A stretch of 37,600 bases of DNA from Jimgerdemannia flammicorona. Its lineage: Eukaryota. The DNA lies in assembly GCA_003990765.1 (NCBI GenBank), contig RBNJ01000188.1, forward strand, positions 1 to 37,600, written 5' to 3'. The notes under the pieces are model-generated. The model was given only the letters and a program-made list of their open reading frames with translations, was not told where the DNA came from and did no database searches. Positions within the stretch are counted from its first letter, which is position 1. Each line of letters begins with the position of its first letter. Made by a program: the position numbers and the translations under genes. This document shows, piece by piece, positions 1-11,683 of this stretch.

Positions 1-1306
1 GGGGGGGGGGGGTAGTAAAAGAGGTCAGGGGAATGTTCGGTTAGGGTTTGGGGTAGATAAGGACGCAAGGCGGGAGTTGTCGACTAACCAGCGGCAAGGT
101 TTTCATAAGGTTGTTCAGAGGAGTTTTCGTGTGGGTGTTGAGAAGGCGGTGTGTTTGTGGATTCACTTTGGCGGGAACAAGAAAAGAGGAGGAGGACTCG
201 TAGCAGAAAAAGGTGGAACGTGTGCAGGTGGAAGAGCGTGACTGGGGGGTGTCCCCCTTTCTCGTCCGATTGGCTGAATATGCTGTGCTCTCTACAGTCA
301 GGTGCCCATCCATGCAAATCAATTTACCTCCAAACCCACCAAACCCTTTCTTTCGTCATGCCTTTGATCCATCTATGCCAGTCATCACAAGCTTGATAGC
401 CCGCAAATCACATACACAACTCGACCCGGAGGTAATCAACGCATCATTACTCACGCACTGGAATCCCGTCACCCATCCATCATCGTTCCAATCTACAGGC
501 TTGGGCCACAGCTATGTTATGTTCCATATCCAAAACCACATAAACCCCGAAAAAAAGAAAAGAAAAAAAAAAAAAAAGAAGGCACACACACACAAGAACC
601 CTCCCAATTCCATCCACTCGATTGTCGCACCCCTTTTGGCGACCGAATCGTCCGCACATTCCGAAAGAGAACGGAGCTGGCCAAAGCCCGTGCCGCAGTC
701 AGTGACTCTTAGATGGATGACATGCCATGTCTCATACCCTGCGTTCACGACACGATTGCGTCTGTGGCGAGCAATGTTAACTTTACCTTGCGATTTTTTC
801 CGCGAGGATCAACCATCCTGTGTTTTCCATCGAATAGTGTATGACCTTTTTTCAGTCCAGTAACCTTCATTCTCATTTTTTCCGCGACTCACACAGATAG
901 GCAACAGAATAGGGCCTAGCTAGCCCCAACTAGAGGCCACCGCTCACCTTGGAGGCCTGCTGTAATTCCCCCCCCCCTCCCCCCACCCCCTTTTTTAAAA
1001 ATAATAAAATAAAATAAAAATAAAAATAAAAAAATAAAAACGCTTATCCAAACATCATCCAGTTCTATACAGATAGAGGGATTGATGATAATACAGGGTA
1101 GACAGAAGGAAGGAGGTTATCGTAAATACTGTACAGGATTAAAGATAAGACAATATTTACAATGAATGTATTTTTGTCCGAAAAAACAAAACAAAAAAAA
1201 AAGAGGAATTACTTCGATTGCGTCCGGGTCTATGTGTGTACAAAGAAGGTGGTGACCGACATGCAGGAAATGTGGATATACTCCGGGAAACCATAAAAAG
1301 CAAAAC

Positions 1307-1349
<43 letters not shown>

Positions 1350-1411
1350 TTATTAAAAATATAAATTTATTTTTTTTTTTTGGTCCTTGTCCTCCCCTCT
1401 CCAAAGCCATC

Positions 1412-2806
1412 TCACACCCATCTCTTCCTCTTTCTCTGCCACCACACGGACCCGTTTCTGATAACATTCACCTTCTTCAACCTCGCAAAACTCGGCTTCT
1501 CCCCCCACTCTTCCGCATCCTCTTCCTCGTCCTCATCGCTCGCATCGACCCCACCCCCAAGTTCAATCAGCCTCCGCATAGCCGGCAACGCGGGCACGTC
1601 CCTTCTTACGTTCCCCAAACTCATCCTCTTCAAATACGGTCCGCTCCTTGTCCCCTTCATCTCCCTCCCAACTTCCTCCATCACGCGCTCGACCACGGCG
1701 CCTAAAAATTTCTCCCCAACCGCACGCGCATTGCTCACAGTGAGCTCCTCGAGCCGCCGACACCTCCCGACAATATCTGTCAGCACAGCCTCGGAGATAT
1801 GATCAGGTTGGTTATCGATCAGACACAACGTGCGCAAGTTCGGACAATGTTTTGGAATTAAGCTCAACGACGCGTCAGTCAAATGCGCAGCGTTCCCGAC
1901 GCTAAACGCCTCGAGCCTTGCTCCGCACGACTCGGAGATGGTCGTAACGGACGTGTCCGTTAGCGCGGTGTCGTGGCCCATGACCTCGAACCGGCGCAGC
2001 GACGGCTGTGACTTGGCAAACTTGCGGATCGTCGACCCTTGTAGCGTTGCGCACGAGGTTAGTGTCAGCACGCGCAAGGACGAGGGAGCCAGGTACTTTG
2101 CTAGTTCGTAGAGCGTGTCGTCGTTCTTGGGCGAATACGCCGTTAGGTGCACCGTGTGTAGACGAGGGCAGTTATGTGCTAGGTGCGCTAGGGGGAGCGG
2201 TGGGGTGTGGTGTGCTGAGGTTTGTGTCGCCGCATGCGCTGCTGAGTGCATGAACCCGGCGATGGCTGCCGCCGCCGCCGCGGAGGAACCTGGGGAATGG
2301 GATGGTCCGTTCTGCGGGCGCGGGAGTGGGAGCGGGAGGTGCAGGCGATCTGGGGTTGCGTGTGGGGCACCGTGTAGGGCATGTGGGGCACCGTGTAGGG
2401 CGCCTGGGGGTCGGCGTGGCGGAGGGTTGAAAGTAAGAGAGATTTCCTCGAGGTTTGGACACGCGACGGAGATGAGAAGGACGGTGTGCGCCGTAATGGT
2501 CGGTTCGCGTTCAGAATGAACGAGTTCGAGTTTTCGGACGAGGGATCCGTGATCTCTAGAGGCGGTTCGGCGTGTCAGAACCGTGAAGACGCGTTCAAAG
2601 TCTCTCTCCTTGGTGATCTTGAAGCTGGCCCAGAGCAGCTGCAGGGCAGGGGCGGACCACGCGCGGCAGACCAGGGCGAGGTGGCGGAGCTGGATGGGAG
2701 TGTCGGCGTGGTGGGCGAAGATGGCTGTGAGGACGGCAGACGGAAGGGTCGCGGGGCGGGTTGGGTCGGTGGCGGCATCGGGTTGTAAGGTGCGGGCGGT
2801 TCTCAT
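1412..2806 (-). CDS. F-box / leucine-rich-repeat (RNI-like, FBXL-type) protein, 464 aa, apparently intronless
   Basis: N-terminal F-box-like motif LPSAVLTAIFAH...LRHLALVCRAWSAPALQLLW followed by cysteine-containing LRRs (CPNLEEISL, CPRLHTVHL, LTDTSVTTISESCGARLEAFSV, LTDASLSLIPKHCPNLRTLCL, CRRLEELTV); uninterrupted 1395-nt ORF. Confidence 0.9.
   Translation of the reverse strand: MRTARTLQPDAATDPTRPATLPSAVLTAIFAHHADTPIQLRHLALVCRAWSAPALQLLWASFKITKERDFERVFTVLTRRTASRDHGSLVRKLELVHSEREPTITAHTVLLISVACPNLEEISLTFNPPPRRPPGALHGAPHALHGAPHATPDRLHLPLPLPRPQNGPSHSPGSSAAAAAAIAGFMHSAAHAATQTSAHHTPPLPLAHLAHNCPRLHTVHLTAYSPKNDDTLYELAKYLAPSSLRVLTLTSCATLQGSTIRKFAKSQPSLRRFEVMGHDTALTDTSVTTISESCGARLEAFSVGNAAHLTDASLSLIPKHCPNLRTLCLIDNQPDHISEAVLTDIVGRCRRLEELTVSNARAVGEKFLGAVVERVMEEVGREMKGTRSGPYLKRMSLGNVRRDVPALPAMRRLIELGGGVDASDEDEEEDAEEWGEKPSFARLKKVNVIRNGSVWWQRKRKRWV
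2361..2402. repeat. 21-bp tandem duplication inside the F-box gene (encodes ALHGAPH twice)
   Basis: tgtggggcaccgtgtagggca followed by tgtggggcaccgtgtagggcg. Confidence 0.85.
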
Positions 2807-2996
2807 GCGGCGAGATCGAGATTTGGGTGTTGCGGCGGGGGTTTGCTGGTGTGTGGATGTGTTTGCTGGTCGGGGGGCATTTGACGGGGTCGCTCTTAAA
2901 AATAGGTCATGTCTGCAATCACCTGACCGCCACGCTATGACATCAATTGCTCCCCACGTGCGCGTGTTGTTGAATCACCAGCCCCAGCCTCTCTCC
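2807..2996. promoter_or_regulatory. Compact putative bidirectional promoter between the F-box gene and POP4
   Basis: Only 190 bp separate two divergent ATGs (2806 minus, 2997 plus); contains an E-box CACGTG at 2955-2960 and an AT-rich TTAAAAATA near 2896-2904. Function inferred from geometry. Confidence 0.55.
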
Positions 2997-4242
2997 ATGT
3001 CCACCGACCAACAAGACCGTACGTGCTGCACCACCACCCCCTTCGCCCAATATGTCTCGCTACGGGCCCATCGAACTTTAATTAACTCTCGCAAATCCTC
3101 CGTCCCACCCACCCACCCACCCGACTCGACTAGGCAACCCCCGCGACCTCAACCTCTACGCTCCCCTCCCCGACTACGTCAGGCACCAACAAGCCCACGC
3201 CGCCTCTTTAGTATGTAGCAGCACCCACGCGATTCCCTCCCCTCCCTCCTTCCCCTAAAAAAACCGACTCCCTTATCCGCCCGTTCCGCTTCCCACTCCC
3301 GCCCCTACTCGTAGTCGGCGGTCCCGTTGGACCCAGTGACGCAGACATTCGTGCCGGGGTTTGTGACGGCCCAAGTGTCGAGCGATTACAACGCACGCCA
3401 GGTTTACAATGCCAAGGTGAAAGATAAGGTGCTCATGCTCGATAACCCGGCCAAGGAAAGCGCCGATAAGAAGGAGCGCAAGCAGAACCGGCGTGGGACA
3501 AGGCGGATGACCGCAAGGGAGAAGCGAGAGAAGAAGGTTTACGAAGTGCCTGCTGATTGTCAAGAGTACGCGTCGTCCTCTTTTTTTTTTTCTTGAGAAT
3601 ATTTGTTGTGGGACCATACCATCCATTCTCTTACCCGGATTCGCCTTACCCTATTTTTATCCCACAGTTACGCTCTCTTCATCCCGCTGCACAATCTTTG
3701 GCTTCAGTATGTGGAAGAGCTCTTCGGCCGGCAGGGCAACGCGATCACACACGCGCAGAAATTGGTTAAGGCGGACTACCACGGCGCTATCATGACCGGT
3801 AAAGAAACCACGTCATTTGGGTTCCTGTTTGTTTGTTTGTTTGTCCTCCCGAATGGGAAGCGGCCACTGAAAATCTGGACCGCCGCAGTTGTCAGGTCAA
3901 AGTGCCATAGTTACATCGGTGTCACCGGGATCATGGTCCAGGAGACCGAGAATTTGTTCAGGATCGTCACAGAACAGAATAGGATCAAGGGTGTGTACGT
4001 GATGTTTTGTTGACGTCAATTTTCTTGGCATGTGAAATTTCGCCATAATGATTATATTGATTATACTTTCTCACGCTTGTCATATCTTCTGTTCTGTCGT
4101 CAAAGCCGTACCCAAGGCCGCCAGCGTCTTCAGCTTCAAGGTTCGCAACGAGGTTTACACCATCTACGGCAACCACATCCGGTACCGCGCGGCCGAGCGC
4201 GCAGCCAAAAAGTTCAAAGCCAAGCCCACGATCGATTTGTAG
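2997..4242 (+). CDS. POP4: Ribonuclease P/MRP protein subunit p29 (Pop4/Rpp29), ~239 aa, 6 exons: 2997-3018, 3134-3210, 3315-3565, 3668-3798, 3889-3990, 4106-4242
   Basis: Spliced translation gives the Pop4 signature YALFIPLHNLWLQY...KLVKADYHGAIMTVVRSKCHSYIGVTGIMVQETENLFRIVT...VPKAASVFSF...IYGNHIRYRAAERAAKKFK; all five introns are GT..AG and phases sum to 720 nt in frame. First two exons are less certain. Confidence 0.92.
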
Positions 4243-4515
4243 ACTGTTGTCAGGCGTAGGAAGGTGGGGGTGGGAGGGAATGGGTGACTCAGTTTTAGGG
4301 TTCATTGCTATGGTTTGCAAATTTTAATAGCTTCTTTCAAGGGGAGGGAGGCACGGAAAAATTGATGTAATGGATGGCAGTTTATGTGCTATTTTGCACC
4401 ATGATTCCTTAGTCTCTCGGAATGATGTGTGTGATCGCATCGGAACTTGGCCCAAATCGAGTTGTTTTCTTTTACCTTGGACAAAATGAATACGTGCCAC
4501 GCACAAGGGAGCATC

Positions 4516-6004
4516 TTAATCTAATTGTTCCAACTGTAGCCTATAGTACCGCGGCTCTTCTGCTACCTCGCATATCCGTTCGAGCGCCTCTCTCTCCCTC
4601 GCCCGTGTCGTGGCGTCCGCATGGCCCGTGACTCGTTTTCCCTAAGTGGCGTGAGGCGCAATCGGATTAGGTGCGAGGTGGCGAAGCGCCGAGAGGTGAC
4701 AACCAACCACAAAAACCATAATCACGTACCAATCTCACCACCCAAAGCTGATATGCCCATGCCAGCATCCTTTGCCTCGCCAACACGACCGGATCCGTCT
4801 CCGTCATAGCACCCTTCCCGGTCTCCGCCTCCTCAACACACCTTCTTACGAACGTCTCTTCTTCCGCTAGCCCTACCACTCCCGCACCAAGCTCCCTCGC
4901 CAACCCGGCACAAAACCTCAAATGACACCACAGCGTCTCATGTCCAGGATACGCCGCCACAAACTCCCTCACCCACTCCACATGCTCCCGCACCTTCTCC
5001 TTTTCTTCACCGTCAACCCCAACCACGGCAACCAAACATCGCTCAAGATGCTGCACGCCAGAATGGTCCCCCACATTCCCGCGCACCCACTCCCTCATTG
5101 CCCCGTACTCGGACTGGAGAAGCGCGCGCGCCGCTGCAGCACCTCCGTCGCATGGAGAGTCAACGGTCTCGCTCCGTCGTGCATGCTCAGTCAAAACGGA
5201 GACTACCCAGTGGCGATGATTCCATGCGTAGTAGTTCTTGGGGTATAGGTTGGCTGTGCGGTGGCAGAGCGCGATCTCGTTGGCAAGAGGGGTTGTGGGA
5301 CCGTGCGGCGAGAGTTGTAAGAGCCAGCGCCGGTGGTGCCATGCCGTCGAGCTTTTGGTGTTACGTGGGGAGGTCAGGAGGAGCGTTAGAAGGCGGAGCT
5401 CCGTGGGTGCGGGGAGGTAGTTCGCGAGAACAAGCTTCTTTCTTGTAAGGGGAAAGGAGTTAAGAGGGGCGTTAGGTTTGGGAAGTACTGATATGCACGT
5501 GATTAATAATCGCAGTTCATCTGGACCTTAGGTAATCACCATCAGTAGAAAGGAGAAGAAAAAAAAGGTCAAGACTACCCAATCCAAACCACCCACCTGG
5601 TATTGATGGCCGTATTGCACTCAGGATTCAACACTATAATGACCCTCGTCGCCTCCTCCAGCGCCATAACCACGGTTTCCCCAGCTTCCTCCAACCGTGC
5701 GTGCGGTAGCCGCATGAACACGGCGTTCGCGCCCTTAAGAACCACGGGCACGTAGTCGAGCGGCACACCCAGCTTCGTGCCCACCAACAGGAACGGGTGA
5801 TACTGTCGCGTCGCCGCGGGAAGCTCATCGGGCGTGGGCGGGAGGGGGAGGAGGCCTAGCTCGTCGCTATGTGGGGTGATGATGGAGTAAATGGTGGGAA
5901 GGAGACTGAGGATAGGGGGGAAATGAAGAGGGGAGGCGTACGTACATATCCAGGTGGGTATTGAGGATGGTGCGTAAGGTGTCATAGAGAACGTGGCTGT
6001 CCAT
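4516..6004 (-). CDS. Protein prenyltransferase alpha-subunit repeat protein (PTAR1/Ecm9-like), ~388 aa, 4 exons: 6004-5946, 5866-5597, 5441-4730, 4641-4516
   Basis: PPTA-type repeats after splicing: NPECNTAINTRKKL, TKSSTAWHHRRWLL, YPKNYYAWNHRHWV, VGDHSGVQHL, YPGHETLWCHLRFC; GT..AG introns join in frame (1167 nt). The DxS and YPGHETLW motifs fit the PTAR1/Ecm9 subfamily. Confidence 0.87.
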
Positions 6005-6074
6005 CGGATACGGCAGTGGTTTGGGAAGGAGGTGTGGCGTAATTAGTTGAAGTCACGCGTCACTAGTTGATGTA

Positions 6075-6083
6075 GCACGTGAC
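6075..6083 (-). promoter_or_regulatory. GTCACGTG (Cbf1/USF-type bHLH) element upstream of the PTAR1-like gene
   Basis: gcacgtgac on plus = GTCACGTGC on minus, ~70 bp upstream of the proposed ATG at 6004. Motif match only. Confidence 0.35.
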
Positions 6084-7764
6084 ATAAATCTGGCAAATGA
6101 AAAGTACCTTATGGCCTATCTGGATTGGTATATACCTTTTTAAAAAATTTCATCTCATATGTTCAGCATGCCAAGCAGTGGAGCGCGAAACTGATGGTAA
6201 TGCGTGTGTGTAGAGCATTAAATTTTTTATTGAGAGTAAACCCTGCACATCCGATTGGGATATGTTTTTACGATGAAGCCAAGTGACCAACACACTGTGA
6301 AAAACGGGGCAGAATAGATCCAGCCACGACAGCTCATTGTTGGTGGCGAGCACGCAGAGAAGAAACAAAAATGCACCTTGTACTCGGCAGGACGATATCA
6401 TGCTGCCCCTTCTTCGGGTTTGCGGTATTGGGTCCTCGTACTGTGTGAGAAGTGGGATGGACAAGTTCAGTCGCCACAGCCCATAATTTGAACACGGTCT
6501 CTCGTTGTGACGGTAAGGTAACGTAGCTTGGGGTATTAATGTTACATGCAGTGGTTGTTCGGGTCACGACGGTAGCGAGATACGACAAATGTCGTGTGGC
6601 TTCACATGGTAGGAAGACTCGTGATGGTGCTGTTCCGAGGTTGGATTGGGTTGGCGAAATAGCTCGTGGGAATACGGCAATACCTTGTACTATACAGTAA
6701 GACACACCACATGCTGTTATACACATGGTTGACCAGAGAAACATTCCGTACCTTACTCATTTCGTTGCAATCGTGCTGTCCGTGCTTTGTAATGCTGTTT
6801 ACAGATGACATCGAGTTCGCTGGTTGAGAACTTGCCTCGTAGAACGTCAAATGGTAGTCGTGGTAATGCTTATGGCTATGCTACTTTTGTAGAGGCCAGC
6901 GATCAATCAGCAACAATCCAAATAGCCAGAAAATATGCAACGAATGAGATATCTATGATATTTCTCATGGCGATCCAGTAATCGACTTATCGGAGACGAG
7001 TTTCCTCTTGTTGGCATTCGCCGAGGGAACCCGTTTGATGAAGACTCCGAAAAGATCGATCTACACTATCTTCCAACAGCAGGGGCAACCCTTGTGTAAA
7101 CAAATCCTCGGCACGTCAGTGGTTTGAGAAAGTAGCGGCACCCTTCCGCGGAAGAAGCCCTAAATTGATTTCCGTTATTTCAGTTACCATATCCATCGTC
7201 GGAAGGGTACTCTCGTTGCTGGCAACCTATTTCATCGGAGGGCGCACAACTTATGAAAGTGAGTTACCTCTTATGTCACGCTACATACCCATATACCACT
7301 CATCACTGCCCAAACATCAAAGCGTGCCTTCAGCGATGCCATCCATCCTCTATCTTTGACATCGCTCTCATCGCAACTGAATAATCAAAGATAAGAAACG
7401 TTCGAACTAAATATACACTGTACGTATGTGGTCGTCATTCTGTTGAACTCACGGGGAAAATATTTGTCAACTTTCGTTTTTTGTGAGGCAGAGAACAATA
7501 CTTTAATTGTGTTCCCCGCCCGACTAATAACCACAAACTCAATGGATTCTAGATTTTGTACACAAACGCGGCAAGCGACAGGACGAGGGCTTGTGAACCC
7601 CGAAACTTAGGCTTGTTTTTATTTCTGTAATGTATGCAAATCCTAATTACCGAAGCGTACAATTCGCCTCCTCAAAGAAAAATAATAACTCTATGAACCC
7701 CAGATCTGAAGTACTTGAGCCTAGATCGAAATGATATTAACCGGACGTAGTACGCAATTACTTG

Positions 7765-8067
7765 CTAGTACAAAGGATGTTTTCCGTATCGTCTTACATA
7801 ACAGTGCTTGCCATCCCGTCGCGCATAACCGGAAAGCGCCATATGGTTTGTAATGTGTTCCTCATCAAAAAAAGCAATGGTGTATTTGCCTAACCCCATT
7901 TTATAACCCTTTTCCGTGGCAATTCCTCCGTTAAGAACGTCAACTGACATATCACAAATTGCCCAGTGAAGAATTGGGGTCTCCTCATCACTGCTTTCTT
8001 TTTCGATTGAGTCTTCAATGGAAATTTTCCTCGTATTTTCCAACCGAACTTCTTGCTTCGATGCCAT
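7765..8067 (-). CDS. Small hypothetical protein, 100 aa
   Basis: ATG-to-TAG ORF with protein-like composition (acidic N-terminus, then ILHWAICDMSVDVLNGG...YTIAFFDEEH); divergent from the kinase gene. No family recognised. Confidence 0.35.
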   Translation of the reverse strand: MASKQEVRLENTRKISIEDSIEKESSDEETPILHWAICDMSVDVLNGGIATEKGYKMGLGKYTIAFFDEEHITNHMALSGYARRDGKHCYVRRYGKHPLY

Positions 8068-8474
8068 TTATCTCTTCTTCCGAGGCGGTTCTCTTCACGA
8101 ACACCTTTTGGTTACAATAAAGAGAAAGAAAGAAAAAGTCGACGCTATTTATTATTCACGGCCGGATGTTTCCGACCACCTTCATATTCAGCCAATGTAA
8201 TTAGCATTGTGGGAAAGAAAAAAAAAAGACTGCTGATGTGACAGAAGAGTCGATCTATTCATCTCCTGTGAATATCGATTGATCTTTTCCCATTCATTGT
8301 GTAACGTTGCAGTGAGTTGACCCTGTGGCTGTCATGCGACAAATGCACTCGAGACGTATTTATGTAAGCACATAACCTCCCGGCTAAATATTTTTATAAG
8401 CATTTGCATTTGGGAGCGTTCCCCTCCAATGACTAATTTCATATGCATGTAAAGCTATTGCTCTTTCCAATACC

Positions 8475-10849
8475 ATGAATGAATTCTATGCTTATAAGGT
8501 TACCGCCCTCACAAGCCCACAGTCCATTGTCCAAACTTCCATCATTCACAAGGAAGAAGATAAGGTCCGCCCCGGAATTCCTGCGAGGGAGTCGTTCTGC
8601 GATGGCACAACGTTTTCAGAGGATGAGCAGAAGGTCACTTCGTCAAAAACGGCAATGGAACTTTACAACGCCCGCCAACTCGCCACAGCAATACTCAACC
8701 AGGGCTGCCAAGCACGAATACAAGCCAACAAAAACAACTTTCCTGGAAACGAACAACAGCTCAAAGCTTTCTTGAATGACGCCAAGATTTCGGATGAATT
8801 GGCAATGTATCTCACCTGGATTCCGTTCGAACGGTTCGACAGCATTAACGTGGTCTCGAGCGGAGAACACTGGACATTCCTCCGTGGTACCATTTCTAGT
8901 GAAAACCGTTGGGGTTTCGCTTGTCCTCGCCACAACGACATGCCGGAGAGTTGGAAGGAGACCAACAGGCGCTGCGGTGATATTCACTATGATTTCAATG
9001 AACAAAGAAAGTACACGATGATGGCCTGTAATAAGAGGGATGCTGAAATGTTCAAAAAACAGGTGCGTCCTTTGTTTCTGTCCTGTTTAAGCTCGTTTTA
9101 CCCCGAAAATTTCTCAATCCTCTTTGTTTTACCCACAGGTTATATTTTCGACACTTCTTTCGGCCTTCAACAATGCATATGACACGATGGCACCAATTGG
9201 CTTCACTCGACGGAACGAACAAGAGCTACCCTACATCGTCTTGGATTTCACCGAGGTTGGAAACTTTGCGCGGCAGATCGAACACAACAAAGGACGATCT
9301 TGGTCCGATGTATGGAGATATGCAGTTTTCCTTGCAAGCGGGTTGAGAGATTTCCACAGTCTCGGAGCTATTCATGGAAATCTCCATCCGGGAGCCCTCG
9401 CTGTGGCAGGGGAAAAATGTTTGCCGTACTTGGTGAACTTTGGTCTCGGCCATCATATAGATCAGGAACCAATGTCTTCTGCAGAATTTCCAGCCAGTAA
9501 TTGCTTCAGCGCGAACTACCTTCCTCCAGAATTCTTCATCTCCAAGCAGCCCTCGCAAGCTTCGGACGTTTATTGCCTGGGTGCTCTGCTATGGCAGCTT
9601 GTTACAACTGTGCCACCTCGAGGAAGCGTCAAAACCATTCAACGTACCGACGGATTGCGCGACGATCTTATTCCTAGAGTACCAAAAGCTTACGAGAACA
9701 TTTGCCACAGTTGTTGGAAAGTTAATCCACAGGAGCGGCCTGAGGCTCAGCAGGTTGTCGACCAACTCCTTGCAGCTGAAATTGAGATCAGGGTTGCAAA
9801 ATGTATGTCCCCACAGACAATGCCATTCGTTACTGAAAGGCGGGCAGATGCACGGATTTCAGGAATGCCGAAAGGTATGGCGAATGTTACTAGTTTAGTC
9901 ATGGTTAGTCCAGAAGACAGAGTTGGTTTCAAAACACTCATGACATGCATTTATATTTTTTTAATCTGTCAAAAACGAAACCTTGGATGTGGTTAAAACC
10001 GCAGACGTGATTCAAACCGCGGATGTGATTGAAACCGATGAAGAACTTTTCTCGAGGTGGAATTTCACGATATACATACATTCGTATTCGAGCTGTAATG
10101 AAACCTTGCTTATCGGCGATTTCTTCTCTGTGCCCTGTACTTTTGTAATATAGATTGCGTACAATGTCGAAGGAGGAATTCGGAACGTAGGTCGTCATTT
10201 ATTTGTTTATTGCGTCCTGTTTCTCCTATAACATTTTGCTTAATTTGAATACCCAAATTGTCAGGCTTGCGAGTAACGATCAACCACAGGCACAGCGGTA
10301 TATGAGATACTTGGCCAAGAGACAGGCTGAAATCGACGAAGAAACAAAAGAACTGGATAAACTCGAACGGCAAATGCTCCTACTTACCAGGAAGGTAATT
10401 GGAGTCGTTGGCAATTCTGGTTCATGATAGTAACGGTTCGTTCGCTAAAACACTTTAATAATTTCACGCAGACCTACCCTTGGAAATGGCTCCGGCGGGC
10501 GCTGAGATGCGGTGAATATGCAAAAAACTATCCTCGAACACCAGCTCAAGCCGAAGCTTTCCTGAACGAATGGCCGACCAATCCAGTGTCTGAAGACAGA
10601 ATGGAACTGGAACGAAGAGAATTACCAACGCCATCGGAGCCCGAAAACGAACCGGAACTGGAGCGAAGAGATTTTCCGACTCCGTCAAAGAAGCCCCAAA
10701 AACCCAACTGGCACAAGCCCGGAAAGCTGGATTCCACTAAGGCCAGTATGGCCAAGAGAACCAAATATTTTGTTTATCATGACTTCTGGCCGAGAAACAA
10801 AACCAATGCACCCGTGGTTAAATTCTTCTCACGTAAGAGAAAATCTTAA
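8475..10849 (+). CDS. TKL-like protein-kinase-fold protein, probable pseudokinase, ~638 aa, 6 exons: 8475-9062, 9139-9874, 10005-10056, 10154-10186, 10265-10394, 10472-10849
   Basis: YLTWIPFERF lead-in typical of Mucoromycota/Glomeromycotina expanded TKL kinases; C-lobe motifs LASGLRDFHSLGAIHGNLHPG, NFGLG, YLPPE, SDVYCLGALLWQL, CWKVNPQERP. Five GT..AG introns link four ORF-track fragments in frame (1917 nt). Exons 3-4 are less certain (weak GTGGAA donor). Confidence 0.8.
10604..10687 (+). repeat. Duplicated coding segment with 51-bp period (ELERRELPTPS / ELERRDFPTPS)
   Basis: gaactggaacgaagagaattaccaacgccatc versus gaactggagcgaagagattttccgactccgtc. Confidence 0.75.
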
Positions 10850-11683
10850 CATGATCCTCTGCGGTTTACTTTGTTTTATTTTATTTTTGCCACTTTTCTA
10901 GTGCGACTTGCATATGCGGAAAAACCTCGCCGACTATTTTTTCATCTCTTTTGCAGTTCCTCCGATTTTAAAACTTTATATGGAAAAAACGCATGCTTCG
11001 TATGCAAATTTTATTTTCTATGATCCGTTGATATCTCCACAACGGTATGCTCATTTTCAATTCTCTATGCTGACTAGCGCCGTATGTATGGCCATCCTTC
11101 TCTATGCCTTTATGTAAACGGAACAAGTAATACCCTGCCCTAGCTCATCACATCGATATATGTATATGTATTATTATGGAGTCCTCGATTTTTAACTGCC
11201 TACATCTTATGATAAGACCAAATTCGCCAGAATGCTATCTGCATATACCCCTCCAATCATACCCTCCCGATAACAAGGTTAAATATTCAAGCGTCAAAGA
11301 TCGGTAGTACAGCGTCTACAAATGGATATGGTGTGACAAAAGTCATTCTGTCAACTGTAATCACGCCCTTCCTCTACCGCTCTACTTGAACCTCCTTGGT
11401 TACTACGTGCATCGTCGAGGGACCTCACCGATCACCGATTTTTGCACAGGATATCAAACTCCGGGAAGCATACTCATTTCTTGTGTAGCCGTTTGTCTCG
11501 CAAACAGTATTTATTTGTAAGTACGTTGTTGGCCTTTAGCAATGCGCCTGAATATACGTGTCATTTATCACAACCGGAGTATTCAAATTCGAGCAGTACG
11601 AAAATGACATGAGTTATTGAGATATATATATATCGCTCACAGCCTTCATTTACCATTTTCTATTCTGTGTGAAAAGTTCCAAC

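Noticed and set aside
1..1400. ORFs 213-863 (+), 41-322 (-), 1117-1467 (-) and neighbours
   Set aside because: They run through poly-A/poly-T tracts (poly-Lys/poly-Phe) with no recognisable motif; more consistent with UTR and promoter DNA.
1380..3218. Multiple plus-strand ORFs overlapping the F-box gene
   Set aside because: Antisense shadows of a GC-rich coding region.
5575..5985. ORF-track start MTPYAPSS for the PTAR1-like gene
   Set aside because: Reads through an intron (5945-5867); ATG 6004 with GT..AG splicing gives a more coherent model.
6150..7610. Several 60-136 aa ORFs and possible splice sites
   Set aside because: Could not assemble a consistent exon chain or recognise a domain; a decayed or orphan gene cannot be excluded.
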